A DNA stretch of 64,000 bases from positions 82,473 to 146,472 of the forward strand of contig JACPMF010000002.1 in the NCBI GenBank assembly GCA_016186145.1. The letters are read 5' to 3'. Positions 40,810 to 50,958 of this stretch are shown here, piece by piece. Source of the stretch: Candidatus Sungiibacteriota bacterium (GTDB lineage: Bacteria > Patescibacteriota > Minisyncoccia > Sungbacterales > SURF-37). Positions within the stretch are counted from its first letter, which is position 1. Every line of letters begins with the position of its first letter. The translations under genes were made by a program, and so were the position numbers. The notes under the pieces are model-generated. The model searched no databases, was not told the origin of the DNA, and worked only from the letters and a program-made list of their open reading frames with translations.

Positions 40810-43800
40810 TCATCGAGATATTTCTCCTGAAAACGAATCACCGCCTGCTTGGTGAGCGAGCCGAAAAATGTAAACGCCTTCTCGAACCAAAAGCTCTTGA
40901 ATGGTTTTGACGTCGTCACCCGAGCTTCCCTGAATCAAGGTTTTCAAAATTTCGGACTTAATCGCTTGGCCCGGAGGCAACGCCGGCTTTTCCGCGGCAG
41001 CAACACCGCCAAGAAGCTCGTTAATTTTTTTCCTTGTTGCCGGCCCAACAACACCGGTTCCTTTAAAAAGGCCGCCGGGCTTTAGGATATCTTCGGAATA
41101 TTTCTCCTGAAAACGAATCACCGCCTGCTTGGTGAGCGAGCCGAAAAATCCGGTAATAAGGCCTTCGGGGTAAACGCCTTCTCGAACCAAAAGCTCTTGA
41201 ATGGTTTTGACGTCGTCACCCGAGCTTCCAGAAACAAGCTCACGCAGAATCGCGGCTTTTATCGCCTGCCCGGGAGGAAACACGGTCTTTAGTTTCGGCT
41301 TTGCCGAGGTGCCTACCGCGCGAATGCTTGCCTGGTTTGTATTTGAAGATTCGTTACCGGCCGGATCAACCGCGCGTACGGTGTAATAATAGAGAACTCC
41401 GTCCGTTACATCCGCGTCAATAAATTCTTCGCCAGCAGTCTCCGAAGACACAATTATGCCGAGCTTACTCTTTTCTTCGGAACGATAAATTTTCGCGTGA
41501 TCAAAATCGGACGAAGGATTTTTCCAGCTTACTTTAATCTTTCCCGCGCCAAGGGCTGCCGCGTTAAGCCCGGTGGGAGCCGATGGAGCAATAACATCTG
41601 CCGCGGCCACAATCGCAAAGCGCGTCAAATGATTAACCCTTGCCACAACCACATTTTTTTCCTTATCAATCGTAAAATTATCAATTTTTACCCAAGCCCC
41701 GGTTTTTTCATCAAGAAAGCTAGGAATTATATTGTCTTCACTCACCCCCTGCGCTTTGAGTTCTAACTTGTTATACGGGAGAATGACTTCGGCATCCTGA
41801 CTAAGCGCGGTGACCTCTTTTCCCGCAGCGTCTTTAACAGTGATGTCATATACAATGCTTACGACTTTAGCCGCGGCCTGACTTGGCGCCTCAACCGTCG
41901 GTTTAATTTCAACGCTCACGCCCCCGCTTGAGACCGCGGATCCGCCCGGCAAAGACATCTTGGCACCATCCTGTGTCTGCGCGACAACCGACTGTGCGGC
42001 GGGCCGGCTAACGCTGACCGATGACGCGAGCGGTACCACGCCGACTCTAACCAAAATAATTTCTAAATCAACGGTTTGGTTGGTAACATCAATAGTTATC
42101 TCGGCTGCTTTATACGGAACACTGCCAACCTCTCTACCGGCGCCAATATGCCAACGATCCCCTAAAGCGAGACCAATGGCAAACTCGCCCTTTGCGGATG
42201 AACGCGCGACAACAAATCTTCCTTTTTCCGACCAAGCCCAGATGAAGGCATCAATCGCCATACCGTCATCAAGTTTAGTAATGCCATTGATTTTTGCCGA
42301 GGTCGCGACATCCGGTTTTTTAAAGACGAGTTTAATTTCTTTGGTTTCTGCCGCCGCGAGGGCCACGGCCTCTTCCCCGGGATTTATAAAACCGGATTCC
42401 GGCGGAAGAAAAGCGCGAACATAGTAAAAAGTGGCGGAACGCAAATTGAATGTCGCCATTCCCGTCGAATCGGTTTTTCTAAAATCGGGGTGCATGCGCG
42501 CTCCCGTAAAAGACGCTTTGGCAGAAAATGTGTCGACAACAATACCAACATCAGCCAAAGCTTTACCGTCTTGGTCAACCGCTTTAACAACAAGTTTCGC
42601 GTCAAGCGACAAAGGTATTTCAATATTGACGATTCTTGCCTCAACAATTCCGCCGGACGAAAAACTAACCTCGGTATAAATGCCCGCGTAAGACCACTTG
42701 GCAGTAGACGGATCTTTAGGCCTCACGCCGACCTGCCATTTTCCTCCTCCGACATTAAGAGTGTATTTACCGGCGCTATCAGCAAAGGTGCTTACCCACT
42801 GCCCTCTATCGCTTGAATAAGCTCCAATCTCGGCATCATTAATAATGGTGCCATCGGAAAAGGCCACGGTGCCGGTAATAATCTTTACCGCCGATCCGAA
42901 TTTGATATCAATCTTTTTCGTCTCGCCGGAAGCAATGCTGATTTTTAACGGAGTCAGACGAATAAGATCTTTCCGGTCAGACGGCGAAAATGCCTCAACT
43001 AGATAAGCGCCGGCGGACACCGAAATACGAAAGGTTCCGTCATTACCGGAAACTCCGCCGAAGTTCGCGCTGAAGTCCTCGCTGAAAATATGTATGCCCG
43101 CCCCAGCAACAGATTTTCCAGCCGTGTCCTTTACAACACCTTCAATGATTGCTCCCGCAAGTTGCTGTCCGGCGGTTGTAAATGACGCGCTGAAAGCGCT
43201 TACAAGATTCGCGCCATTTTTATCTTTAAGTGTTGTAAAAACTTTGTAGATATACGTGGTGCCGGGTTTTACCGCGTACGACGGGGTAAATTCAAAACTG
43301 TCGCCTGAAATTTGGAACGAGCCGCTAATTGGCAAATCAGGAGTTGAGATCTCGGCAAGAATAAAAAATTGTTCTTTTGTGGAAGAAAGATCAATTTCTT
43401 TGGTGAATTTGACATGAATTTTCGCGTTGGTCGGAATATGGGTTACGCCATTTTGAGGAAATGTGTTAAACGCGTCGACTTGAAACCCGTAAAGTGTCGC
43501 TGAAGGAGGTGGCAGGGTTGGTGTTGCGGTGGTCGTTGTGGTGGTAGCAGTTGTAGTTGTAGCAGTTGTTGCAGTTGTAGTTGTGGCGGTTGCCGTTGTT
43601 GTTGTAGCAGTTGTAGTTGTTGTCGTTGCAACCGCGGACGGCGGAACTGAAGAATATATTCGAAACGCGTAGTCTCCATTAAGAGGATTGTTACTGCAAA
43701 TACTGCAGCTCCAGCCGCCCGATACGCCATACGCTTGGGCATACGCAATGCCGGCCGTATACGGATTTCCGTAAGCGTAAGAAAAACGAATTGTATCGGG

Positions 43801-46800
43801 GATCGTAGTATTAATCTGCAGATAGTAAGAAGCGCCCTGTGTAAGAGTTACTGAAGTACTAAGGCTACCTTCGGTAAAACTGCCGTTCGTCAATATCGGC
43901 AAACTCCCGGTTGTTGCCAGTACAGTACCGTCAAGTGAGCTTCTGATAGTAAGAGTGGTTGTGCCCGTACCGCTACCACCGAATTTGAATCCCAATTTCG
44001 TGGCGGTAAATGTTGAGGCGGGCACGATTTGCTGCGCGACATTGCATGATATAGATACGCAGTTAAACGATTGGCTGGCGTCTTCTTGGGATATAAAAAC
44101 ATATGACGCGCTTCCGGAGGAAATTGGCGCCTTCGCGCAAACAGAACTGCTTTTTAAAGAAACATTTCCGGCCGCGTCATAAGCGGAGACTTCATAGCAA
44201 TACTCGATGTCAGAAACCACGCTGGTGTCGGAATAAGAAAGACCGGTAACGTCGGTTTTGAAAGCCCCTTGCCGGTAAACTTTATAGCCGGTGACACCGA
44301 CATTGTCAGTTGATGACGCCCATGAAAGATTGATTTGCGAGGAAGAAACTGCCGTGGCGGAAAGACCGGTGGGTATTGAAGGAGCCGTTGTGTCCGTACT
44401 GGGTGGAGGTGGCGGCGGGGTTGTCGCTCCGCCGGTGCCGAATTTCGCCAAAAAAGCGTCACCGCTCCCGGCGTTAGTCTGGCTGCCAAGCGCGCCGTCA
44501 GTTTTTCCGGCGACATAGATATTTCCTGAACTATCTATAGCCGCCATTCCCAGTTGCCATTCGTCGCTTGAAGTCCCAAGCACCTGACTCCAAACTTTAT
44601 TGCCGGAAGAGTCAACCTTCATCAAAAAAATATCCCCGCTACCGACATTTGACTGATTGTAAAATGAGCTTCCATAATAGTATCCGGCAACATAGACATT
44701 GCCGCTTGAATCCACCGCTCCACCATGCGTCAATTCATTGTCGGCGTCTCCAAAAAACCGCGTCCAGATTTTATTTCCGCTGGAATCAAATTTAGTGACA
44801 AATATATCCCACTGCCCGCCATATGTTTGGCTGTCAAAACTAGCGTTCGTGTAACCGATAAGGTAAGAATTGCCGGAGCTGTCAACGCCGATCCCTTCGC
44901 CGATTTCAGTTCCCGAACCGCCGGCAAAACGTATCCATAATCTATCCCCGCCCGAAGAATATTTCGCGACAAAAGCGTCATAAGAGCCGCCTCCGAACGA
45001 CTGCCCGCCAAAAGCCCCGCCAATCCAGCCGGAAACATATATGTTGCTGCTGCCGTCCACTTTTATGGCCGTAATTTTATCCAAACCCGATGTTCCAAAA
45101 ATCCTCGTCCACGCAATTGATCCATCGCTTGCGTATTTAACGAGAAAAGCGTCGTTAGCTCCCGCGTACGGCTCCCCAATCAAAGAGCCGCCAACAAGAC
45201 CGCCGGCATAAATACTGCCGCTAGACGAATCAACGCTCACTGCCTCATAGCGGTCAAGCCCGGAAGTACCCCTGGGTTTTGACCAGATCTTTGTACCGCT
45301 ACTATCATATTTGACAAGCACGGCGTCCTCACTTCCGTTACTTCCATAACCGTCAAAATTTCCATATGTTCCTCCGGCGGCATAAACATTGCCGGAGCTA
45401 TCCCCACTCACAGAAGTGAAAATATCACCGGCGGTTGTGCCGATCATGCGAAGCCACAAACGATTGGCACCGCTATCATATTTAGCAATAATGCTGTCAG
45501 CATAGCCCTGCGGGGTATAGCCGTTGATCGTGCTCCACGCGTCGCCAACAACATAAATATAACCCGAAGAATCAACATAAGTTCCCCGTCCGTATTCGGA
45601 TTGATTTCCGCCTATAAGACGAACCCAGGCAAGCGATGGGGCCGCGCTTGTGGAAAGCGTCGTGGCTGATGCCGAAGAACTCTGGACAGAAACATTTCCA
45701 GCCGCATCATACGCCGCAACAGTGTAGAAATAGGCGGTTGAGGCAGTAAGGCCGGTGTTGGAATATGAAGTGCTGCTCGCGGTGGCAATTTGCGTGCCGC
45801 CGCGATAGATCCGGTAGCCCGTAACTCCGACGTCATCTGTTGATGACGCCCATGAAAGATTGATTTGCGAGGAAGAAACTGCTGTTGCCGAAACACCGCT
45901 CGGAATGGATGGCGCTTGGGTATCTGCAGTAGTGCCTAAAGTCGTCGCTGAAACCGCAGTACTGGCCGGAGATACATTGCCTGCATAGTCAACCGCTTTT
46001 ACATAAAAACTGTATGTTGTATTTGAACTCAATCCTGTCACACCAACACCACTATAACTTGTCTCACTTGTTTCAGACCAAAAAACATCATTTTTATAAA
46101 CCCAGTAATGGGTTACTGCCCCAACATCATCAGTAGAAGCAGTCCACGAAAGATTAATTTGGGATGAAGAAATAGCCGTGGCGGTAAGGCCGGTGGGAAC
46201 GGAGGGAGCAGTGGTATCTGTGCTGGTTGCGGCAATAACGGTAGTAGTAAAGGTGTTAGAGTCACTGCCACAACCTACTACATTGCACGCAGTAATATGA
46301 AAATCATATGTTCCTGCGGAAAGATTACTAAAAATATAAGAAGTAACATTGGCCCCAACACTAACAGTCATATCCCATGTACCGCCGGAAAGCCGCTTCC
46401 CAACATAAGAAAAAGTTTCGTTAGTAGAATTGTCCACCCACAACAAACTAACGCTTGAACCCGATACACTCCCACCCAAACCGCTAGGAGCTGCAGGAAC
46501 AGCGCCCCCGGCAGTATCACCGCTTACGGTGGCACCCGCCGCGGATTCGTTGCCTGCCGCATCGTAAGACTTCACATAATACTGATATGTAGTGCCGGGA
46601 GAAAGACCGACGTCAGTATAACTTAAGCCGGTAACACTTGTAATGTAACTGCTATTCCGAAAAATTTTATATCCGGTAACTCCGACGTTGTCCGTGGCAC
46701 CTGACCATGAAAGAATCAGCGCGGTTGATGAGGCAACACTCGCTTCCCAGACTTTGCCGACTGAAAAAGTATCCGGCGGGGTCGGAGCTTGAGTGTCTGC

Positions 46801-46890
46801 GGTACTAACAGATGCATATCCAAAAATCAAAAAAAATGCACCCAAAAATAAAGCAAAAAACTTTGTAAAGTTTACTTTTTTCATACCCAT
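40810..46890 (-). CDS. Large multidomain cell-surface protein (Fn3 repeats, SBBP-like beta-propeller, Thr-rich linker, Ig-like and carboxypeptidase-regulatory-like domains, C-terminal PG-binding domains)
   Basis: Signal peptide; DT.APS.P..L......SSSQINLSW..STD.VGV..Y (Fn3); VDSSGN.Y..G....D.F..K.DSSG..W repeats; GSSGDDVKTIQELL...GFFGSLTKQAVIRFQEKY. The last PG-binding domain is frameshifted and continues in the frame ending at 40722. Confidence 0.9.
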   Translation of the reverse strand: MGMKKVNFTKFFALFLGAFFLIFGYASVSTADTQAPTPPDTFSVGKVWEASVASSTALILSWSGATDNVGVTGYKIFRNSSYITSVTGLSYTDVGLSPGTTYQYYVKSYDAAGNESAAGATVSGDTAGGAVPAAPSGLGGSVSGSSVSLLWVDNSTNETFSYVGKRLSGGTWDMTVSVGANVTSYIFSNLSAGTYDFHITACNVVGCGSDSNTFTTTVIAATSTDTTAPSVPTGLTATAISSSQINLSWTASTDDVGAVTHYWVYKNDVFWSETSETSYSGVGVTGLSSNTTYSFYVKAVDYAGNVSPASTAVSATTLGTTADTQAPSIPSGVSATAVSSSQINLSWASSTDDVGVTGYRIYRGGTQIATASSTSYSNTGLTASTAYFYTVAAYDAAGNVSVQSSSASATTLSTSAAPSLAWVRLIGGNQSEYGRGTYVDSSGYIYVVGDAWSTINGYTPQGYADSIIAKYDSGANRLWLRMIGTTAGDIFTSVSGDSSGNVYAAGGTYGNFDGYGSNGSEDAVLVKYDSSGTKIWSKPRGTSGLDRYEAVSVDSSSGSIYAGGLVGGSLIGEPYAGANDAFLVKYASDGSIAWTRIFGTSGLDKITAIKVDGSSNIYVSGWIGGAFGGQSFGGGSYDAFVAKYSSGGDRLWIRFAGGSGTEIGEGIGVDSSGNSYLIGYTNASFDSQTYGGQWDIFVTKFDSSGNKIWTRFFGDADNELTHGGAVDSSGNVYVAGYYYGSSFYNQSNVGSGDIFLMKVDSSGNKVWSQVLGTSSDEWQLGMAAIDSSGNIYVAGKTDGALGSQTNAGSGDAFLAKFGTGGATTPPPPPPSTDTTAPSIPTGLSATAVSSSQINLSWASSTDNVGVTGYKVYRQGAFKTDVTGLSYSDTSVVSDIEYCYEVSAYDAAGNVSLKSSSVCAKAPISSGSASYVFISQEDASQSFNCVSISCNVAQQIVPASTFTATKLGFKFGGSGTGTTTLTIRSSLDGTVLATTGSLPILTNGSFTEGSLSTSVTLTQGASYYLQINTTIPDTIRFSYAYGNPYTAGIAYAQAYGVSGGWSCSICSNNPLNGDYAFRIYSSVPPSAVATTTTTTATTTTATATTTTATTATTTTATTTTTTATPTLPPPSATLYGFQVDAFNTFPQNGVTHIPTNAKIHVKFTKEIDLSSTKEQFFILAEISTPDLPISGSFQISGDSFEFTPSYAVKPGTTYIYKVFTTLKDKNGANLVSAFSASFTTAGQQLAGAIIEGVVKDTAGKSVAGAGIHIFSEDFSANFGGVSGNDGTFRISVSAGAYLVEAFSPSDRKDLIRLTPLKISIASGETKKIDIKFGSAVKIITGTVAFSDGTIINDAEIGAYSSDRGQWVSTFADSAGKYTLNVGGGKWQVGVRPKDPSTAKWSYAGIYTEVSFSSGGIVEARIVNIEIPLSLDAKLVVKAVDQDGKALADVGIVVDTFSAKASFTGARMHPDFRKTDSTGMATFNLRSATFYYVRAFLPPESGFINPGEEAVALAAAETKEIKLVFKKPDVATSAKINGITKLDDGMAIDAFIWAWSEKGRFVVARSSAKGEFAIGLALGDRWHIGAGREVGSVPYKAAEITIDVTNQTVDLEIILVRVGVVPLASSVSVSRPAAQSVVAQTQDGAKMSLPGGSAVSSGGVSVEIKPTVEAPSQAAAKVVSIVYDITVKDAAGKEVTALSQDAEVILPYNKLELKAQGVSEDNIIPSFLDEKTGAWVKIDNFTIDKEKNVVVARVNHLTRFAIVAAADVIAPSAPTGLNAAALGAGKIKVSWKNPSSDFDHAKIYRSEEKSKLGIIVSSETAGEEFIDADVTDGVLYYYTVRAVDPAGNESSNTNQASIRAVGTSAKPKLKTVFPPGQAIKAAILRELVSGSSGDDVKTIQELLVREGVYPEGLITGFFGSLTKQAVIRFQEKYSEDILKPGGLFKGTGVVGPATRKKINELLGGVAAAEKPALPPGQAIKSEILKTLIQGSSGDDVKTIQELLVREGVYIFRLAHQAGGDSFSGEISR

Positions 46891-46946
46891 TTATTCTAAC
46901 AAAAAAGGCCTAATTGCGCACTGCAACACTGTGGACAAAATTAGCT

Positions 46947-49397
46947 TTATAACGGACTAAGTTTAATCAGTTCCCCCTTTTTGTATTTTCCGGCAAGAAT
47001 ATCTTTAGCAATTTGAGACTCAATCCGTTCCTGTATCACTCTTCTAAGCTCGCGGCCGCCAAATACTTCCGAATAGCCCTTCTCCGCGAGCCAATCCAAA
47101 AGTTCTTCTCCCCATTGGAGTCCGTAACCTTCTCCCTCGAGGCGTTTTTTTAGTGCGCCTAACATCAATTCCGCAATCATGCGAACCTCTCTCCTGCCAA
47201 GCGGCACATAAACTATTACGCCATCAAAACGATTTATGAATTCCGGACTAAAAACGCGCGATCGGAAAACTTCATCAAGAAGCTGTTTTTTTATTTCCGC
47301 ATACGGCACTTTTTCGTTCAAAAGCCGCCTGATAAGCTCGGCACCCGCGTTGGATGTCGCAATGATGATAGTATTCGTAAAATCAATTTTTTTGCCGTAG
47401 GCGTCAGTTGCCCGCCCTTCATCCAAAATCTGCAAAAAAAGATTCAAAATATTCGGATGTGCTTTTTCAACCTCATCAAGAAGCAAAAGCGAAAAGGGAT
47501 TCGCGCGCACTTTCTCGGCAAGTATTCCCGCCGAACGACTCTCGAGCGACCCAATGAGACGCCCGAGATCATCCGGCGCCTGATACTCCGACATGTCAAA
47601 CCGAATCATTCGCTCTTCAGCCCCAAAATACGCCTCGGCAAGCGCTTTCGCGGTTTCAGTCTTTCCAACCCCGGTAGGGCCGAGGAATAAAAAAGAGCCG
47701 GCGGGCTTGCTTCCCGCGGAAATGCCGGTGCGTTTTCGCCGAATTGCATCCGAGATCGCCCGTATTGCCTCTTCCTGATTAACAACCCGGCGGTGCAAGC
47801 GGTTTTCCAGATCAACAAGCGTTTCTTTTTCCGGAGCCCCCACTTCCCCGATTTTTGCGCCGAACTTCCGTTCAAAAAGGCGCTCGACAACATCGGCGGC
47901 AATGGACCCGTATTCGCCGGAGCTTCTCGCAGACGCGAACACTTCTTCCAAAATGCTTATTCCTTTTTCCGGAAACGGGGCATCGGTTATTAAACGGGAT
48001 GCGAGTTCGTAAATTTTCTTAATCGCGGGATAAAGAATGTTTCTTTTGTATTTTCTCTCAAGAAAAAGCGCCGTATCTTCTAAGATGAGAATTACCGCTT
48101 CTTCATCGGGTTCTCCAATTTTAATTTCATGGAAAAGCGTTCCGATAACGGGATGCTCCGCAACGCTTTTGGCATAACCCGAATCGCTTGCAAGGCCGAT
48201 TATCTTTATCCGCGAAGAACGCAGAAACGGGAGAAGCAATTCCATCAGATTTGTCGCAAGACCAGGCGTTATATACTGCTCAATGTCTTCTATCACCAGA
48301 ATAACGTTTCCCGCAATCTCAGCGTCGCGGAAAATGCGGCCGAGCGTTTCCTCAATCCCGCCAACCGTTTTCTCCGTAAGAATATCTTCCATCGCGAGCT
48401 TCCGTACTCTCCGGTAATTAAGTACGGGAACACTCTTCCCTTCACCAATTTTTCGCGCAAGACCCTTAACAATGGTCATTTTTCCAACTCCGGGCTCACC
48501 AATAAGAACAGCGTTAGCTGTACTGTCTTTTGAAAGCGCCTCCTCAAGGGCGCTGATTTCTTTTTTGTGCGCGAGAATATGCAGTTCTTCGCCGGAACGA
48601 ACCGTAATCTCGCGGCTCCGGCGGTCAAGAAAGGGAGAATAACCAAAAGCCCATTCCTTGCCGATACCAGGAGAAGATTCAAGCCGCTCTAAAAAAGTGC
48701 GATGCTTCCCATGCTCCTCCGCGATATCAAACCAGTGCATGGCATAATCAAAATCCTTCGGGGCTACTTCTCTTGCGATCAGTATTTGTAAAAATGTTTT
48801 ATCCAAAAAACCGATCGCCGACAAAATATCCGCCGGTGTTATAAACGAATGACCGTTCTTGAGCGCGGCGCGCGCGGCCTCTTTTATAAGTTCAAGAAAA
48901 TTGATCCGAAACTCATGCCCGGTTTCCTTGTGCTTACTTTTCAGCTCCAATAAAAACTCGGTTCTCTCGATGCCGAGCCGGCCAAAAAGAAATTTTCCGA
49001 AACCGCGCTCCAAAAAATTTCGAATCAGCTCTTCCGTATCATCGTGGTCGTTGATGCCGGACAAAATAGTCGCGGAAGAAAAAGCGAGGTAATACGGCCA
49101 TTCATCCGGAGCCATTGCATCACCAGCACTTTCGAAATCCCCCGAGAGTATTGCAAGTCCACGGCCCGCATACATACGGATGAATTGGGACCAAAGATAA
49201 AAGAAGAGGAAAGTCGCGAGCATCAAAAGAAGAAACCCGAGCAGCGCGGGGTGGCCGGAAACCAGGTAAACGCCGAGAATAAAAATAATGGCAGCCGCTA
49301 CCGCGTTCCGAGGGTGCGCGATACGGCGAAGCGGAATCAACCGCTCAATGCGCGCCGCGATAAAAAATGGATGTTTTGGAAACTGTATAGTACTCAT
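46947..49397 (-). CDS. Membrane-anchored ClpA/B-like AAA+ ATPase
   Basis: Two N-terminal TM helices; D1 GEPGVGKM and LVIEDIE (degenerate); D2 [35 protein letters not shown]. Confidence 0.85.
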   Translation of the reverse strand: MSTIQFPKHPFFIAARIERLIPLRRIAHPRNAVAAAIIFILGVYLVSGHPALLGFLLLMLATFLFFYLWSQFIRMYAGRGLAILSGDFESAGDAMAPDEWPYYLAFSSATILSGINDHDDTEELIRNFLERGFGKFLFGRLGIERTEFLLELKSKHKETGHEFRINFLELIKEAARAALKNGHSFITPADILSAIGFLDKTFLQILIAREVAPKDFDYAMHWFDIAEEHGKHRTFLERLESSPGIGKEWAFGYSPFLDRRSREITVRSGEELHILAHKKEISALEEALSKDSTANAVLIGEPGVGKMTIVKGLARKIGEGKSVPVLNYRRVRKLAMEDILTEKTVGGIEETLGRIFRDAEIAGNVILVIEDIEQYITPGLATNLMELLLPFLRSSRIKIIGLASDSGYAKSVAEHPVIGTLFHEIKIGEPDEEAVILILEDTALFLERKYKRNILYPAIKKIYELASRLITDAPFPEKGISILEEVFASARSSGEYGSIAADVVERLFERKFGAKIGEVGAPEKETLVDLENRLHRRVVNQEEAIRAISDAIRRKRTGISAGSKPAGSFLFLGPTGVGKTETAKALAEAYFGAEERMIRFDMSEYQAPDDLGRLIGSLESRSAGILAEKVRANPFSLLLLDEVEKAHPNILNLFLQILDEGRATDAYGKKIDFTNTIIIATSNAGAELIRRLLNEKVPYAEIKKQLLDEVFRSRVFSPEFINRFDGVIVYVPLGRREVRMIAELMLGALKKRLEGEGYGLQWGEELLDWLAEKGYSEVFGGRELRRVIQERIESQIAKDILAGKYKKGELIKLSPL

Positions 49398-49409
49398 ATC
49401 AAAATTAAA

Positions 49410-49495
49410 TTTCCGCATAAATCCGCGTTGCCATCCGCGTTCTTCCGCGGAGACTCCGCGGATAAATGCAGAATGCTACGCGGAAAAACGCGGAA
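49410..49495. repeat. Inverted array of TCCGCG/CGCGGA repeats
   Basis: TTCCGCATAAATCCGCGTTGCCATCCGCGTTCTTCCGCGG ... CCGCGGATAAATGCAGAATGCTACGCGGAAAAACGCGGAA. Confidence 0.75.
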
Positions 49496-49526
49496 AAGAG
49501 GATTTTCAAGATAGCTTCTGGCCATC

Positions 49527-49913
49527 TCACGCAAACAAAAAAATTATTCCGGTGATAAATAAAAGCGGGACTAAAAAAGGCAAGAAAATCCATAAGAAAA
49601 TAAAAAAAACGCCGGCGATAACAGACAAGGCGGCGGCCGCAATTCCGACAACAATAACGAAACTTCGCAAAAGAGCTCCGAGCAAGCGCGAAATGGCATT
49701 TCCGGTTATTGCGTAAAAAAACCGCGCCGCGTCAAACCCGCGCCCGTAGGACTCAATAACCCGATGCCACGGGGAAAAGAGAGTTCCAAAAAGATGCAGA
49801 ACAGAAAAAAAATTCAAAAAACCGATAACGGCATTTACCGCCTTATTAAAAGAAGCCTTCAGGCCATCGCTGTAGTGCCACAGAAGATACCTGTATAAAA
49901 AAACAAAAGGCAT
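49527..49913 (-). CDS. Membrane protein, likely partner of the TM-Clp ATPase
   Basis: WHYS...FFSV..L..TLFSPW.R...N.ISRL.G..LR, followed by a hydrophobic C-terminus. Confidence 0.75.
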   Translation of the reverse strand: MPFVFLYRYLLWHYSDGLKASFNKAVNAVIGFLNFFSVLHLFGTLFSPWHRVIESYGRGFDAARFFYAITGNAISRLLGALLRSFVIVVGIAAAALSVIAGVFFIFLWIFLPFLVPLLFITGIIFLFA

Positions 49914-50100
49914 AGTCTACTTAAAGTATAAATGCTACGTGGCCAGCACACAATAACGATATTAAAGTTTTTGTGAAGTATAAAATCGTTTCTTAGTTGG
50001 CTGAAATTTACCACCACGAGGCGATTCACTATTTAAAGATGGTTGTAAGGTACTGACAGTGGTACAAAATTTGCTAATAAAATTAAGGGTTTTTAGCCCC

Positions 50101-50176
50101 TTGACTGATAAGAACCGCGGGTGTATAAAGGTAGTGAAAGTCGCCTGCGCCTACTTCGGTAGTGTGCAGGTTTTTT
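50101..50176 (+). promoter_or_regulatory. Promoter plus leader terminator upstream of the NYN gene
   Basis: TTGACT-17-TATAAA (50101-50129); hairpin CCTGCGC-CTAC-TTCG-GTAG-T-GTGCAGG (50144-50170) followed by T6. Confidence 0.7.
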
Positions 50177-50210
50177 GTTTGAATAATAAGAATATGTTTA
50201 AGTACTATAT

Positions 50211-50867
50211 ATGAATAGAGTTTCAGTTTTCATAGATTCTGGCAATTTTTATCATTTAGTTTTGAAGAAACTTAATCTGCCAGAAGTAGAATTTGATTTT
50301 GACGGATTTGCAAAATTACTTTCTAACGGGAGACAAATTGCCCAGGGCGGGAAGAGGTTCTACGTAGGCACCGTAAGAGAGATGCAAGATGGACATGAAA
50401 GTAAAAGAGCGATGGAAAACCAAACAAAACTTTTTAGCGAGCTGATAAAATCAAAAGATTGGACCATAAAAACAAGCAAGTTGCGGACGAGAACCGAAAG
50501 AATAAAAATTGATGATAGAGTGGCCAACTACAAACAAATTTTAAGCAGGGGTATAAATGAAATACAGTATACTAGGTCAAGAGAAAAAGGCATTGATGTT
50601 AAAATAGCTGTAGATTTAATCGCCGGTGCTCTGGACGATAAATACGATACTGCCATTATTGTGAGTTCTGATGCGGACCTCATCCCCGCCATAGACTGGG
50701 TTAGAAAGCGGCTAAAAAAGAAAATTGAATATATTGGTTTTTCTATGCCGCAAACGGATTTATACGAGTCTACTAAACCAACAAAAACAATGATTTATAA
50801 CTCTGACGTCCAGAGGGTGCTAGTAGAATCAGATCTGAAACCTTTTATTAAGAAAACCACTTTTTAG
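50211..50867 (+). CDS. NYN-domain (LabA/DUF88, PIN-like) ribonuclease
   Basis: VFIDSGNFY, REKGIDVKIAVD, IIVSSDADLIPA; AT-rich. Confidence 0.9.
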   Translation: MNRVSVFIDSGNFYHLVLKKLNLPEVEFDFDGFAKLLSNGRQIAQGGKRFYVGTVREMQDGHESKRAMENQTKLFSELIKSKDWTIKTSKLRTRTERIKIDDRVANYKQILSRGINEIQYTRSREKGIDVKIAVDLIAGALDDKYDTAIIVSSDADLIPAIDWVRKRLKKKIEYIGFSMPQTDLYESTKPTKTMIYNSDVQRVLVESDLKPFIKKTTF

Positions 50868-50884
50868 TCATAGTTAATAAAATA

Positions 50885-50907
50885 GTTGCGGGACCCGGAA
50901 TTGCACC
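50885..50907 (-). repeat. Inverted 23-bp copy of the 3' end of initiator tRNA-Met
   Basis: GTTGCGGGACCCGGAATTGCACC is the exact reverse complement of 51219-51241. Confidence 0.92.
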
Positions 50908-50958
50908 AACTTTTTAATACAAAATTTGATTTTTTTGCTTCTACACGTATACTGACCT

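Noticed and set aside
40722-40919. Independent 65-aa gene
   Set aside because: It is the out-of-frame tail of the surface protein's last PG-binding domain.
49914-50907. Intact integrative element or prophage at tRNA-fMet
   Set aside because: No integrase or phage genes, and the tRNA fragment is inverted rather than a direct att repeat.
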